From contig NC_017039.1 in the NCBI RefSeq assembly GCF_000284455.1, positions 3,060,001-3,092,000 of the forward strand: a stretch of DNA of 32,000 nt, read 5' to 3'. Of the stretch, positions 8,109 to 16,665 are shown in pieces (the first letter of the stretch is position 1; every line of letters begins with the position of its first letter). Below the pieces are notes generated by a model. The model was given only the letters and a program-made list of their open reading frames with translations. It had not been told where the DNA came from and did not search any database. Source of the stretch: Synechocystis sp. PCC 6803 substr. PCC-P. Its GTDB lineage: Bacteria > Cyanobacteriota > Cyanobacteriia > Cyanobacteriales > Microcystaceae. The position numbers and the translations under genes are program-made.

Positions 8109-9149
8109 TTAATGGCTAAAAATCGGATTGTTGGGCAATGCCTCAATGGTTTCCGTCAGCTCTGGATCACTTACTGCCGGAATAGCATTGGGCGTAACTG
8201 GGTTGGCTTCTAGGGCTGACCAAGGCTGATTGTTGAGGGTTAGTTGTAATAGATCCGGTCGGGCATAATGTCCCACCGAATCCATCATGCGTTTGCGTTT
8301 AGCGATGAGGGAAAAATCTAAATCGGCGATCGCCAACCCTTCTCCCTCAGCAATTGGCTCACAGAGATGCTTTCCTTCGGGGCTAATAATTGCCGTATAA
8401 CAACCACCACTCAAGGCTTGATGCATTTTTTCGTCGGTGGTAATTTGTAACTTTTGCTCCGCTGTCAACCAACCCGTTGCATTAATCACAAAACAGCCGG
8501 ATTCCAAAGCATGATGCCGCATGGTCACTTCCATTTGATCCGCGAAAATCTGACCCACCATCGATCCGGGGAATTGCCCACAGTGGATTTGTTCATGTTG
8601 CGCCATCAGCGCATAACGGGCTAAGGGATTGTAATGTTCCCAACAGGCCAAGGCTCCCAAGCGTCCAACCGTGGTATCTACCGTCCTCAGACCTGCACCA
8701 TCCCCTTGTCCCCAAACCATCCGTTCATGGTAGGTGGGCGTGATTTTGCGACGTTTTAGCACCAGCGCACCATCTGCATCAAAAATCAGTTGTGTGTTGT
8801 ACAGCGAGCCTTCTTCGCGCTCATTAACCCCTAACACCACGACCATTCCATGGGTTTTCGCGGCTTGGGCGATCGCCTGGGTGACTTTCCCCGGCACAGT
8901 AACGGCTTCTTGATAAAGCTTTAGGTGACTTTTCCCCATCAAAACCGGCGGTTCAACAAAGGAAAAATAAGGGTAATAAGGCACAAAAGTTTCAGGAAAA
9001 ACAATCAGTTCTACCCCTTTCTTTGCCGCATTGGCGATCGCATCGAGAACTTTCTCCATAGTCCCTTGTTGACTAAAAAGAACAGGACTAATCTGTGCCG
9101 CTGCTGCCCGAATATTTTTTGTATAATTCAGCATGATTTTTCCCAGCAC
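8109..9149 (-). CDS. Nitrilase (Nit1C type; Nit6803-like aliphatic nitrilase)
   Basis: Catalytic triad regions of the nitrilase superfamily: [11 protein letters not shown] (E), [15 protein letters not shown] (K), [15 protein letters not shown] (C). Confidence 0.93.
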   Translation of the reverse strand: MLGKIMLNYTKNIRAAAAQISPVLFSQQGTMEKVLDAIANAAKKGVELIVFPETFVPYYPYFSFVEPPVLMGKSHLKLYQEAVTVPGKVTQAIAQAAKTHGMVVVLGVNEREEGSLYNTQLIFDADGALVLKRRKITPTYHERMVWGQGDGAGLRTVDTTVGRLGALACWEHYNPLARYALMAQHEQIHCGQFPGSMVGQIFADQMEVTMRHHALESGCFVINATGWLTAEQKLQITTDEKMHQALSGGCYTAIISPEGKHLCEPIAEGEGLAIADLDFSLIAKRKRMMDSVGHYARPDLLQLTLNNQPWSALEANPVTPNAIPAVSDPELTETIEALPNNPIFSH

Positions 9150-9286
9150 AACGACTGGAATAGTTTCAGAAATAAAAAATGATTTGAAAACAAGTGATTG
9201 ATATATTAGACTTCAAAAATCAAAAACAAAATTTTCAAATCATCCCTCCTATCAATAATTCACCAAATATTTAATCAAGCACATTT

Positions 9287-9769
9287 TTACATTGTCCAAG
9301 TATCAAGAATAAACGCACCATCCCTACGGTGCATCAAGATTAAATCCATCACATCTAGGGGATTAATCGGACGAATACCGGGGATTAGAGAAGGCTCGCC
9401 ATGACCATAAAGTGCTTGCAGTGCAAAGCGACAAGCATAAACCTTACCCCCTGCTTCCATGATTTTTACAATACGCTCATTCATGGTCAGGTGACCCGGA
9501 AAACCTTCATCCCCAAGCTTAGGAAAACCCCTTTGTACACCGAGAGTAACACCGGGACCATAGAGCAAAACAGATGTTTCAAAGCCTTTTTTAATTAAGC
9601 GGCTAGCTTGCATTAAATTTACTAAGCCAATGGAGCCTTCAAACGCCACTGTATGAAAAGTAATCAGCGCTTTTTCACCGGGTTCAGCTTGGACATCAGG
9701 AAAAACTTTTTCCTCGTAATCTACTAAGAAATCACCTGTTTGGTGAGCTGGCTTAGTTACCTCTGGCAT
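9287..9769 (-). CDS. MSMEG_0572 / Sll0783 family protein of unknown function (Nit1C cluster)
   Basis: 160 aa protein ([44 protein letters not shown]...) at the cluster position expected for this family, as the first gene of the minus-strand unit. Confidence 0.78.
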   Translation of the reverse strand: MPEVTKPAHQTGDFLVDYEEKVFPDVQAEPGEKALITFHTVAFEGSIGLVNLMQASRLIKKGFETSVLLYGPGVTLGVQRGFPKLGDEGFPGHLTMNERIVKIMEAGGKVYACRFALQALYGHGEPSLIPGIRPINPLDVMDLILMHRRDGAFILDTWTM

Positions 9770-9823
9770 GGTTGTAGTTCCTTAAATTCAAATTCTGATT
9801 TGACTTGAGATTAGTCATGTATC

Positions 9824-9865
9824 AATGTAGAAGCGAAGTTTCCTTATTCTTGTATCATTTGTCAC
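9824..9865 (-). promoter_or_regulatory. Putative NtcA-activated promoter for the minus-strand Nit1C operon
   Basis: Minus strand: GTGACAAATGATAC (GTGN8TAC; + strand 9852-9865), 22 nt, then TACATT (TAN3T; 9824-9829), 55 bp before the start codon at 9769. Confidence 0.72.
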
Positions 9866-10148
9866 AAAAAAATAGTTTTAATTGAAAGTCATAGGTTTAA
9901 CCATTCTTAATTTCTTGTATGAAGATTATCTTTTCTTAATAATCTTAGCCAGAAAAATGCTTCTTATCTAGATACAGTAAGAGTTTCAAGGCTTGGAATT
10001 TTCCTGGAAATGGATTTCTGTTCAGTATGTCCGCTTAAGATTTAAATGATTAGACACCTATCTAAATCAACAGGTCTGTCTATGTAAAGCTTATAAATAC
10101 AAGACTATTGCGATGTTTCCTATTAATAGAATCAGAGATCATCAATTT

Positions 10149-10190
10149 GTAGCGAAACATACAAGTGTTAGAAATTTCGAGGCTTACAGT
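10149..10190 (+). promoter_or_regulatory. Putative NtcA-activated promoter for the flavoprotein gene
   Basis: GTAGCGAAACATAC (perfect GTAN8TAC, 10149-10162), 22 nt, then TACAGT (TAN3T, 10185-10190), 43 bp before ATG 10234. Confidence 0.8.
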
Positions 10191-10233
10191 TGATGATTAT
10201 CAGGAAAGATAGAGTTCAATACAGGTAGATAAT

Positions 10234-11484
10234 ATGAAAAAAAGCCACTATTCCGTCATTATTGTCGGTGGAGGACAGGCGGGCTTAGCGATTAGTTATC
10301 TCCTAAAACAAGAAAGCATTGACCATGTTATTTTCGAGAAAAATCAAATTGGTCATGCTTGGCGTAATCAACGTTGGGATTCTTTTTGTTTGGTTACGCC
10401 TAATTGGCAATGTCGGTTACCCGGCTTTCCCTATGCGGGGGGTGATGATCAGGGTTTTATGCTGAAGGACGAAATTGTCCAATATCTTGAGGATTATGCG
10501 GCATCTTTCCAAGCTCCTATCCTTGAGGGGGTAGAGGTTTCTAAGCTGAGTCAACGGACTGATGCTTTTGAGGTGATTACCAGCCAAGGAATCTACACCG
10601 CTGATCAAGTGGTGGTTGCTACTGGGGGCTACCATACGCCAAAAATTGCGGCGATCGCCAAAAAACTACCTCCCCATATTGTCCAGTTACATTCGGTGGA
10701 CTACAAAAATCCGGAAACCTTACCAGATAGAATTTTATTAGTTGGCACAGGTCAATCGGGCTGTCAAATTGCTGAAGACCTACATCTAGCAGGTAAAACC
10801 GTCCACCTTGCCACAGGCAGCGCACCCCGTTCACCCCGCCGCTACCGAGGGAGAGATGTGGTCGAGTGGTTAGAGTTGATGGGTCATTATGATCTGCCCA
10901 TTGATGAGCATCCCCAAAAGGAAATGGTACGCCACAAAACAAACCACTATTTAACCGGTCGTGATGGTGGCAGAGAAATTGATCTGCGTCAATTCGCCCT
11001 TGAGGGCATGCATCTCTACGGACGGCTCAAGGATATTGATGGAAATCAAATTCTATTTGCCGATAATCTCAAGGAAAATCTCGATCAAGCAGACGCAACG
11101 GCCGCCAGAATTAAACAAAGCATTGATGAATATATTGCCAAAAACCAGCTTGATGCGCCCATCGAAGCACCCTATCAGCCCGTTTGGGAACCAACTTCCA
11201 TACCCCTTACCCTAAATATTGATGAAATTGATGCGGTTATTTGGTCCACTGGTTTTAATTTTAATTATGCTTGGGTCGATGTTCCTGTATTTAATTCGAT
11301 GGGGGAACCTCTACATAATCGGGGTGTAACTAATGTGGCGGGGCTATATTTCTTGGGTTTACCCTGGTTATATACTTGGGGTTCTGGGCGATTTTCAGGG
11401 GTTGCCCGTGATGCGGAATATTTAGCGGAAAAAATTAGAGAAACACTGCCCGCTAATCAAATAAATCCTTGTACGGTGGCTTGA
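10234..11484 (+). CDS. FAD/NAD(P)-binding flavoprotein monooxygenase-like (MSMEG_0569 family, Nit1C cluster)
   Basis: IIVGGGQAGLAISYLLKQ (FAD Rossmann motif), VVVATGGYHTP, LLVGTGQSGCQIAEDL (second Rossmann motif). Divergent from the Nit1C operon. Confidence 0.87.
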   Translation: MKKSHYSVIIVGGGQAGLAISYLLKQESIDHVIFEKNQIGHAWRNQRWDSFCLVTPNWQCRLPGFPYAGGDDQGFMLKDEIVQYLEDYAASFQAPILEGVEVSKLSQRTDAFEVITSQGIYTADQVVVATGGYHTPKIAAIAKKLPPHIVQLHSVDYKNPETLPDRILLVGTGQSGCQIAEDLHLAGKTVHLATGSAPRSPRRYRGRDVVEWLELMGHYDLPIDEHPQKEMVRHKTNHYLTGRDGGREIDLRQFALEGMHLYGRLKDIDGNQILFADNLKENLDQADATAARIKQSIDEYIAKNQLDAPIEAPYQPVWEPTSIPLTLNIDEIDAVIWSTGFNFNYAWVDVPVFNSMGEPLHNRGVTNVAGLYFLGLPWLYTWGSGRFSGVARDAEYLAEKIRETLPANQINPCTVA

Positions 11485-12566
11485 TAAATGGCTTGGTAGC
11501 GATTTTTGGCGTTGAGTTTATGGAGGGTGCCATTAACATGAAACTTAACGGTACTTTCGCTGATGTGAAGCTCCTCGGCGATATCGCGATCGCGTAAACC
11601 TTGGGCTAATAGGCTGACGATTTCCTTTTCCCGCTCCGAGAGGAGATGTTTGTTGAGCTTGATGTTTTGAAACCCGTCATAGGGGAGTTGCAGCGAAATT
11701 TGCAGGATTGATTGATTTACACTGCTTTGACTCCTAAATTCACCGCCAACATGGTGGGCTAAAAATTCTATTTCTTTAAAAGGCGATCGCCCATCTGTGT
11801 TGAAGGCTTCTGACACGGATGCTTCGACAATGGCTTCGATGGTGACCGAAATCTCCCCATAGATGAGACGGCAATAATTACAGGAGAGTCGATTAAAAAT
11901 TTCTGTGGTTCTGATCAATAGATATGCAAGGGTGGGAGAGAGCTTTTTTTCTGTGCCGATTAGGGTCAGCTTTGTCTGAGATAACAGCCTTGCCAAAACG
12001 TCCGGTAAAGGGATTTGATCGTCTAAAAATTGGGTTGTATTAATCGTATTTGTTTCGCTCTGGAGTTGTCGGACGGCATCAATGGCGATCGCCACTGCCA
12101 TACAGAGAACTTGTAAAACTTCCAGAAATTCTGCGACAAAGGGAGCCTCGCTAAAGACAGCCAAGACACCAATCACACGGTCATGGCCTACCAATGGATA
12201 ACCGGCGAAACCGCGAATATTATTGGCGATCGCCCAGTCACGATCCTTTACCCAGGTTTCATTGGCGAGATGATTGCTTAAAAAAGGAATACAGCTTTGG
12301 GCAATTTTACCGACCTTATAAGCCCCCATCGGCACACGGGCAAAACTACCATTCGTACTGGTATGTAAGCCTGACGAAGCAACCAGTTTTAAACTCGCAC
12401 CATCAGGCTCTGTTAACCAAATACGTGCAAACACGCAATGAAAATCATGGATTAATGCTTCGGTGATTTCTTTGGTAATCGCCGTTGTGTCAAGGCAACC
12501 AGAAATGCGCTTGCTAGTCGTATTTACTTTTTGGAGATCAAAAATTAGCTGGGCAGAATCTAACAC
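11457..12566 (-). CDS. GAF-domain LuxR-family transcriptional regulator
   Basis: N-terminal GAF-like region (CHARIWLTEPDGASLKLVASSG...GVLAVFSEAPF). C-terminal LuxR HTH LSEREKEIVSLLAQGLRDRDIAEELHISESTVKFHVNGTLHKLN. Confidence 0.88.
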   Translation of the reverse strand: MLDSAQLIFDLQKVNTTSKRISGCLDTTAITKEITEALIHDFHCVFARIWLTEPDGASLKLVASSGLHTSTNGSFARVPMGAYKVGKIAQSCIPFLSNHLANETWVKDRDWAIANNIRGFAGYPLVGHDRVIGVLAVFSEAPFVAEFLEVLQVLCMAVAIAIDAVRQLQSETNTINTTQFLDDQIPLPDVLARLLSQTKLTLIGTEKKLSPTLAYLLIRTTEIFNRLSCNYCRLIYGEISVTIEAIVEASVSEAFNTDGRSPFKEIEFLAHHVGGEFRSQSSVNQSILQISLQLPYDGFQNIKLNKHLLSEREKEIVSLLAQGLRDRDIAEELHISESTVKFHVNGTLHKLNAKNRYQAIYQATVQGFI

Positions 12567-12860
12567 GAGCGGCTCAGAACACTATCAAATCCACGCTATC
12601 AAAGGAAGCTATCTTGAAAAGTGCTGCAAGCAACATTATGGACACCGAACCATAGGATAAATTTTCGCCATGATCCCCGGGTTTATTGATAGTTCAAAAC
12701 TGCTGCGACTCAAAATCTGAAGTCATTATATGGACAAGGCGCAGAAATTTTATCCCTATCTCAACGATCATGGCCTTAAAACGTGTTTGGAAAGTTTTAT
12801 TCCGCCCCCTAAATCGACCCACTAAAGCTCCGGCAATACTGGGGGACTTTCACTCAGTTT

Positions 12861-12878
12861 CCCCCCAAATTTGGGGGG
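12861..12878. repeat. Perfect 18-bp palindrome CCCCCCAAATTTGGGGGG
   Basis: Direct reading; intergenic, followed by a further G-rich tract (GGGGGGCCAGGGGGG). Confidence 0.9.
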
Positions 12879-12937
12879 CCAGGGGGGCTTTTCAAACAGG
12901 CTCTTAGATTACATAAACTACATTTTGGGCTGTGGCA

Positions 12938-13405
12938 TTATTCTGGAGTATTGATCAAACCAGGGTGATCTAATGGGCGATCGCCGGGGGCATCCCAGAA
13001 GAAACGACGCTCGGATTCAGCAATGGGTTTGTCGTTAATACTCGCTTCCCGACGACGCATTAAACCCGCTTCATCAAATTCCCAATTTTCATTGCCATAG
13101 GCTCGATACCATTGACCCGCATCATCCTGCCATTCGTACTGAAATCGTACTGCAATTCGATTTTCGCCAAACGCCCACAGCTCTTTCACCAGACGATAAT
13201 TTAGCTCTTTATCCCACTTGCGACGCAAAAACTCACGGATTTTTTCCCGACCTTGGAATACTTCCGCCCGATTACGCCAAAAACTATCCTCGGTATAAGC
13301 CATACAGACTTTATCTGGGTTGCGACCATTCCATGCATTTTCTGCCATCCGTACTTTGGCGATCGCAATTTCCTTAGTGAAGGGAGGAACTAAAGGTGTT
13401 GTCAT
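12938..13405 (-). CDS. NTF2-like / DUF1348 (SnoaL-like) family protein
   Basis: [105 protein letters not shown]. Confidence 0.85.
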   Translation of the reverse strand: MTTPLVPPFTKEIAIAKVRMAENAWNGRNPDKVCMAYTEDSFWRNRAEVFQGREKIREFLRRKWDKELNYRLVKELWAFGENRIAVRFQYEWQDDAGQWYRAYGNENWEFDEAGLMRRREASINDKPIAESERRFFWDAPGDRPLDHPGLINTPE

Positions 13406-13676
13406 GATTAAAATTTCCCAATAATTTTAGAAGAGACGGCGGCTTACGAATTTGTTTACTCTCATTGTTGATGCAGGCAAAACCTACGAATTCATCTATG
13501 GTTGTTGACCCAATAGTGACAGAAGAAGTGTCCGAAAGACCACTAATGGCTAGAACTCCGCATTTGGTGGCCGCCTCATATAAACCAAGGGCTAATTCTT
13601 TGAGTAGTTCCCTTTCAATGCGTTGTTCAGAAAGTCGAATAGATTGAAGAATCGAGTCGGGAATTGAAATTTGCAT
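13374..13676 (-). CDS. Small protein with UPF0175-like N-terminus; C-terminal part atypical, possibly degenerate
   Basis: [34 protein letters not shown] resembles the UPF0175 N-terminus; the rest does not obviously match. 32-bp overlap with the downstream gene. Confidence 0.4.
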   Translation of the reverse strand: MQISIPDSILQSIRLSEQRIERELLKELALGLYEAATKCGVLAISGLSDTSSVTIGSTTIDEFVGFACINNESKQIRKPPSLLKLLGNFNHDNTFSSSLH

Positions 13677-13723
13677 TATGGTCGTATGTAAATTTCGTTA
13701 AAATGTATTGAGGTACGGCCAGA

Positions 13724-16378
13724 TTATAATTCGTCAACTTTAGTTGGGGAAGTTGACGTATCTTCGAGGACAAAATAGCCATTCCGACCCCGTTTCTTGG
13801 CCTGATAGAGCGCATCATCGGCACATTTTACCCAAGAGGCCAAGGACAATCCAGGCCGGGGTACAGCACAATGAATCCCAATACTGACAGTGACATAATT
13901 AGCAATCTCAGAGGTGGGATGGGAGATCGCTTTAGCATCCATCAAAGTTTTAATCCTTTGGGCAACGATAACCGCGCCGGATAAATCGGTTCTGGGTAAA
14001 ATTAAGGCAAATTCTTCTCCCCCATAGCGGGCTACTAGGTCTGAAGTGCGATGGACAGATTCTTGCAAAATGGCGGCGACAATGCGTAAACAGTGGTCTC
14101 CGGCTTGATGGCCGAGGGTATCGTTGTAGAGTTTGAAATAGTCAATGTCCAACATCACCAAGGTTAAGGACTCAGTTTCGCGAAAAGCAATTTGCCATTC
14201 CCGTTCCAAGGCCTGGTCAAAGAACCGACGATTATAAACTCCGGTGAGGCCATCAATTTGAGTCAATCGTTCCAGTTCAATGTTGACTTCTTGGAGTTTT
14301 TCTTGGGCTTGTTTGAGCGGGTCAATGTTTTGAATTTGGCAGACATAATAGAGCGGTTGTTGTTGAGCATCTCGGACCAAACTGACATTCAACAGACCCC
14401 AAATCCAACGCCCATCCCGGTGTTGATAGCGGCGTTCTTGGGTATAGGCCATAATTTCGCGGTTGAGCAGTTGTTGAGTTAGGTCTCCTTGGAATGGCAC
14501 CCAATTGGGATCTGTTACTTCTGCCACATCATGGTCTTGCAGTTCATCGGAAGTATAGCCCAACAGCTCACAAAAGGCGGGATTGACCTCAAGAAATTTA
14601 CCATCTAAGGAAATCAGTGCACTACTCACGGCCGTAGTTTGGAAGGTTTGCCGGAAGCGTTCTTCACTTTCTGCTAAGGCCTCTTGTATGCGGAATTTGT
14701 CGGTAATGTCCCGTCCTTCACAGAGGAGAAAAATTATCCGCTGGTCGGTGTCGTAGATGGGCCGAATCGAAAAATCCAAAATAACTTTTTGCCCATTATT
14801 GCCCAAATTTTCTACGTCATAGCGAATCAGAATCCCTTGAGCGGCCTGGTGTATCGCGGATTTGAGGTCAGCTTTGAGCTGTTCGGATGCCTGCCACCAG
14901 GGAGTTTCCCAAAAATCTTGGTCGACAATCTCATCCACCGTAATGCCAGCAAAATCCAGGGCCCGTTGATTCACTTTGACGACTTTCCCGGTGGGGGTTA
15001 ACAGAGCGGTAAATTGGGAGGCTTGATCAAATAGGGCTTGCATCATCGCTTCCCGTTCAGCCAAAGCCAGTTGCACTTCTTTGAGCGGGGTAATGTTGAT
15101 ATTTAAGCCACTCATTCTGACCGGTTGGCCGGCTTCGTTATACTCTACGTGGCCGGTACCTAAAATCCAAATACAATTCCCGTCGGCCTGGACTAGGCGA
15201 AATTCCCCTTGATAGGGTTCTCCGGTGGCAATAGCTAAGTTAACCCCCGCCTGGACGTGCTCCCGATCGTCGGGATGGACTAATTTGTAGAAAGTGTCTT
15301 GGTTTTTCTCGTAGCTGTCGGGGGTATAGCCCAAAAGATGATCGGACTGCTCGGACCAATCGGCTTGATCGGTGATTAAATCCCTTTCCCACCAGTTGGT
15401 GGAGGTGGATTCCAGGGTCATTCGCAACCGTTGTCCACTTTTTTGGAGAGCCTCTTCAATTTGTTTACGCTCAGTAATGTCAATCATAATCCCGCTGAGT
15501 TGAATGGGCCGACCGGTTTCATCCCGCTCCAGGGCCGCCAAATCCGCAATCCAGACCATTTGGCCATTGGGGGGAATCATCCGAAATTCAACCCTATAGG
15601 GCGCGTCGTGATTTAGGGTAGCTTCCACTGCGGTTTGCACCTTGGCCCGGTCTTCCGGGTAAATCAGCGCAATGGCATCGGCCCAGGTTGTGGGTAGTTC
15701 ATCCCCGTGGCGGCCGAGCAAATCATGGAATGAGGGAGCTGAGTACATCTGGTCGTTGACGATATCCCATTTCCACCAATTGGCGGTTTCGGCAGAGAGG
15801 GCCAGGCGGAGAGTGGCTTCATTTTCTTTCAGGGCGGCTTCGGCAAGTTTTTGCTCGGTAATGTCGAGGTTAATGCCGCTCATCCGCAGGGCTTGGCCAT
15901 TGGCATCCCGTTGCACCATACCTCTGGCCATAATCCAACGAATCGTCCCATCGGGGTGGACAAAGCGAAATTCGGTTTTATAGGGAATCCCATTTTCTAA
16001 GGAATCGTATAACTTTGCCCGGGTGGGTTCTACGTCGTCGGGATGGAGAAAACTTAAGAAGGAAGCAATATTTTTGGGGTAGGAGTTGGGGGCGCGGCCC
16101 ACCATGGCATCAAAGGTGTCTGACCAATCCACCTCATTGGTTTTGATATCCCAATCCCACCAACTTGTATCGGTTGATTCGAGGGCGAAGCGGAATCGTT
16201 CTTCACTTTTTTGCAGGGCCTGGGTTTGCTGTTGAAGGCGACGGAGAGGGCGGTTAATGGACTGGATTACGGCCAAACTTAGGATCACTAACAGGCTTAA
16301 TCCCAAGGCGGCGATCGCCAGCGTGGAGACTAAACTTTCATTGGCAACATTAATGAAACTTTGTGCGGAAATTGCCAT
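13724..16378 (-). CDS. Multi-PAS diguanylate cyclase (GGDEF) with N-terminal TM
   Basis: TM LVSTLAIAALGLSLLVILSLAVI, about five PAS/PAC units (repeated WWxxDxx, GxxxDITERK), GGDEF domain with RTSD-LVARY-GGEEF and DIDYFKLYNDTLGHQAGD. Confidence 0.92.
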   Translation of the reverse strand: MAISAQSFINVANESLVSTLAIAALGLSLLVILSLAVIQSINRPLRRLQQQTQALQKSEERFRFALESTDTSWWDWDIKTNEVDWSDTFDAMVGRAPNSYPKNIASFLSFLHPDDVEPTRAKLYDSLENGIPYKTEFRFVHPDGTIRWIMARGMVQRDANGQALRMSGINLDITEQKLAEAALKENEATLRLALSAETANWWKWDIVNDQMYSAPSFHDLLGRHGDELPTTWADAIALIYPEDRAKVQTAVEATLNHDAPYRVEFRMIPPNGQMVWIADLAALERDETGRPIQLSGIMIDITERKQIEEALQKSGQRLRMTLESTSTNWWERDLITDQADWSEQSDHLLGYTPDSYEKNQDTFYKLVHPDDREHVQAGVNLAIATGEPYQGEFRLVQADGNCIWILGTGHVEYNEAGQPVRMSGLNINITPLKEVQLALAEREAMMQALFDQASQFTALLTPTGKVVKVNQRALDFAGITVDEIVDQDFWETPWWQASEQLKADLKSAIHQAAQGILIRYDVENLGNNGQKVILDFSIRPIYDTDQRIIFLLCEGRDITDKFRIQEALAESEERFRQTFQTTAVSSALISLDGKFLEVNPAFCELLGYTSDELQDHDVAEVTDPNWVPFQGDLTQQLLNREIMAYTQERRYQHRDGRWIWGLLNVSLVRDAQQQPLYYVCQIQNIDPLKQAQEKLQEVNIELERLTQIDGLTGVYNRRFFDQALEREWQIAFRETESLTLVMLDIDYFKLYNDTLGHQAGDHCLRIVAAILQESVHRTSDLVARYGGEEFALILPRTDLSGAVIVAQRIKTLMDAKAISHPTSEIANYVTVSIGIHCAVPRPGLSLASWVKCADDALYQAKKRGRNGYFVLEDTSTSPTKVDEL

Positions 16379-16665
16379 AACTAGCAGTCAGTCCAGCGAT
16401 TGATTCAGGCTTTGAAAATTGAGGTTAGTGACAAGGGTGGTTTCAAGATTTCGAGTTTTGGGAGTAATAATTGGGGCATAGGTACGGACCACCAAGCAAA
16501 TAGTGCAATAGTTTGCGTGTAAAATACTATCTGTAAAGCTGAATTTGTAATACCTCCCTGATTCTAGCAAGCTGGACTGGTTCTTGCGCTTTGTAAAAAG
16601 ATGGGGCAGTGGTTAGTGGTTCGTGACATTTTTTAACCAGCCTTTGTTAATTGTTTTCAGTATTC

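Noticed and set aside
9401-9598. Plus-strand ORF of 65 aa antisense to the MSMEG_0572-like gene
   Set aside because: No RBS or family resemblance; the minus-strand gene is better supported.
9770-9850. GTAGAAGCGAAGTT and GTAGTTCCTTAAATT as NtcA sites
   Set aside because: The second half-site is not TAC; the site at 9852-9865 has correct spacing to a -10 box.
12686-12907. 73-aa plus ORF (MIVQNCCDSK...)
   Set aside because: Spans the G/C palindrome, biased composition, no domain; more likely a chance frame over an intergenic repeat.
13465-13647. 60-aa plus ORF antisense to the UPF0175-like ORF
   Set aside because: No independent support.
14192-15983. Plus-strand ORFs within the PAS-GGDEF gene
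   Set aside because: Antisense to a clearly conserved multidomain protein.
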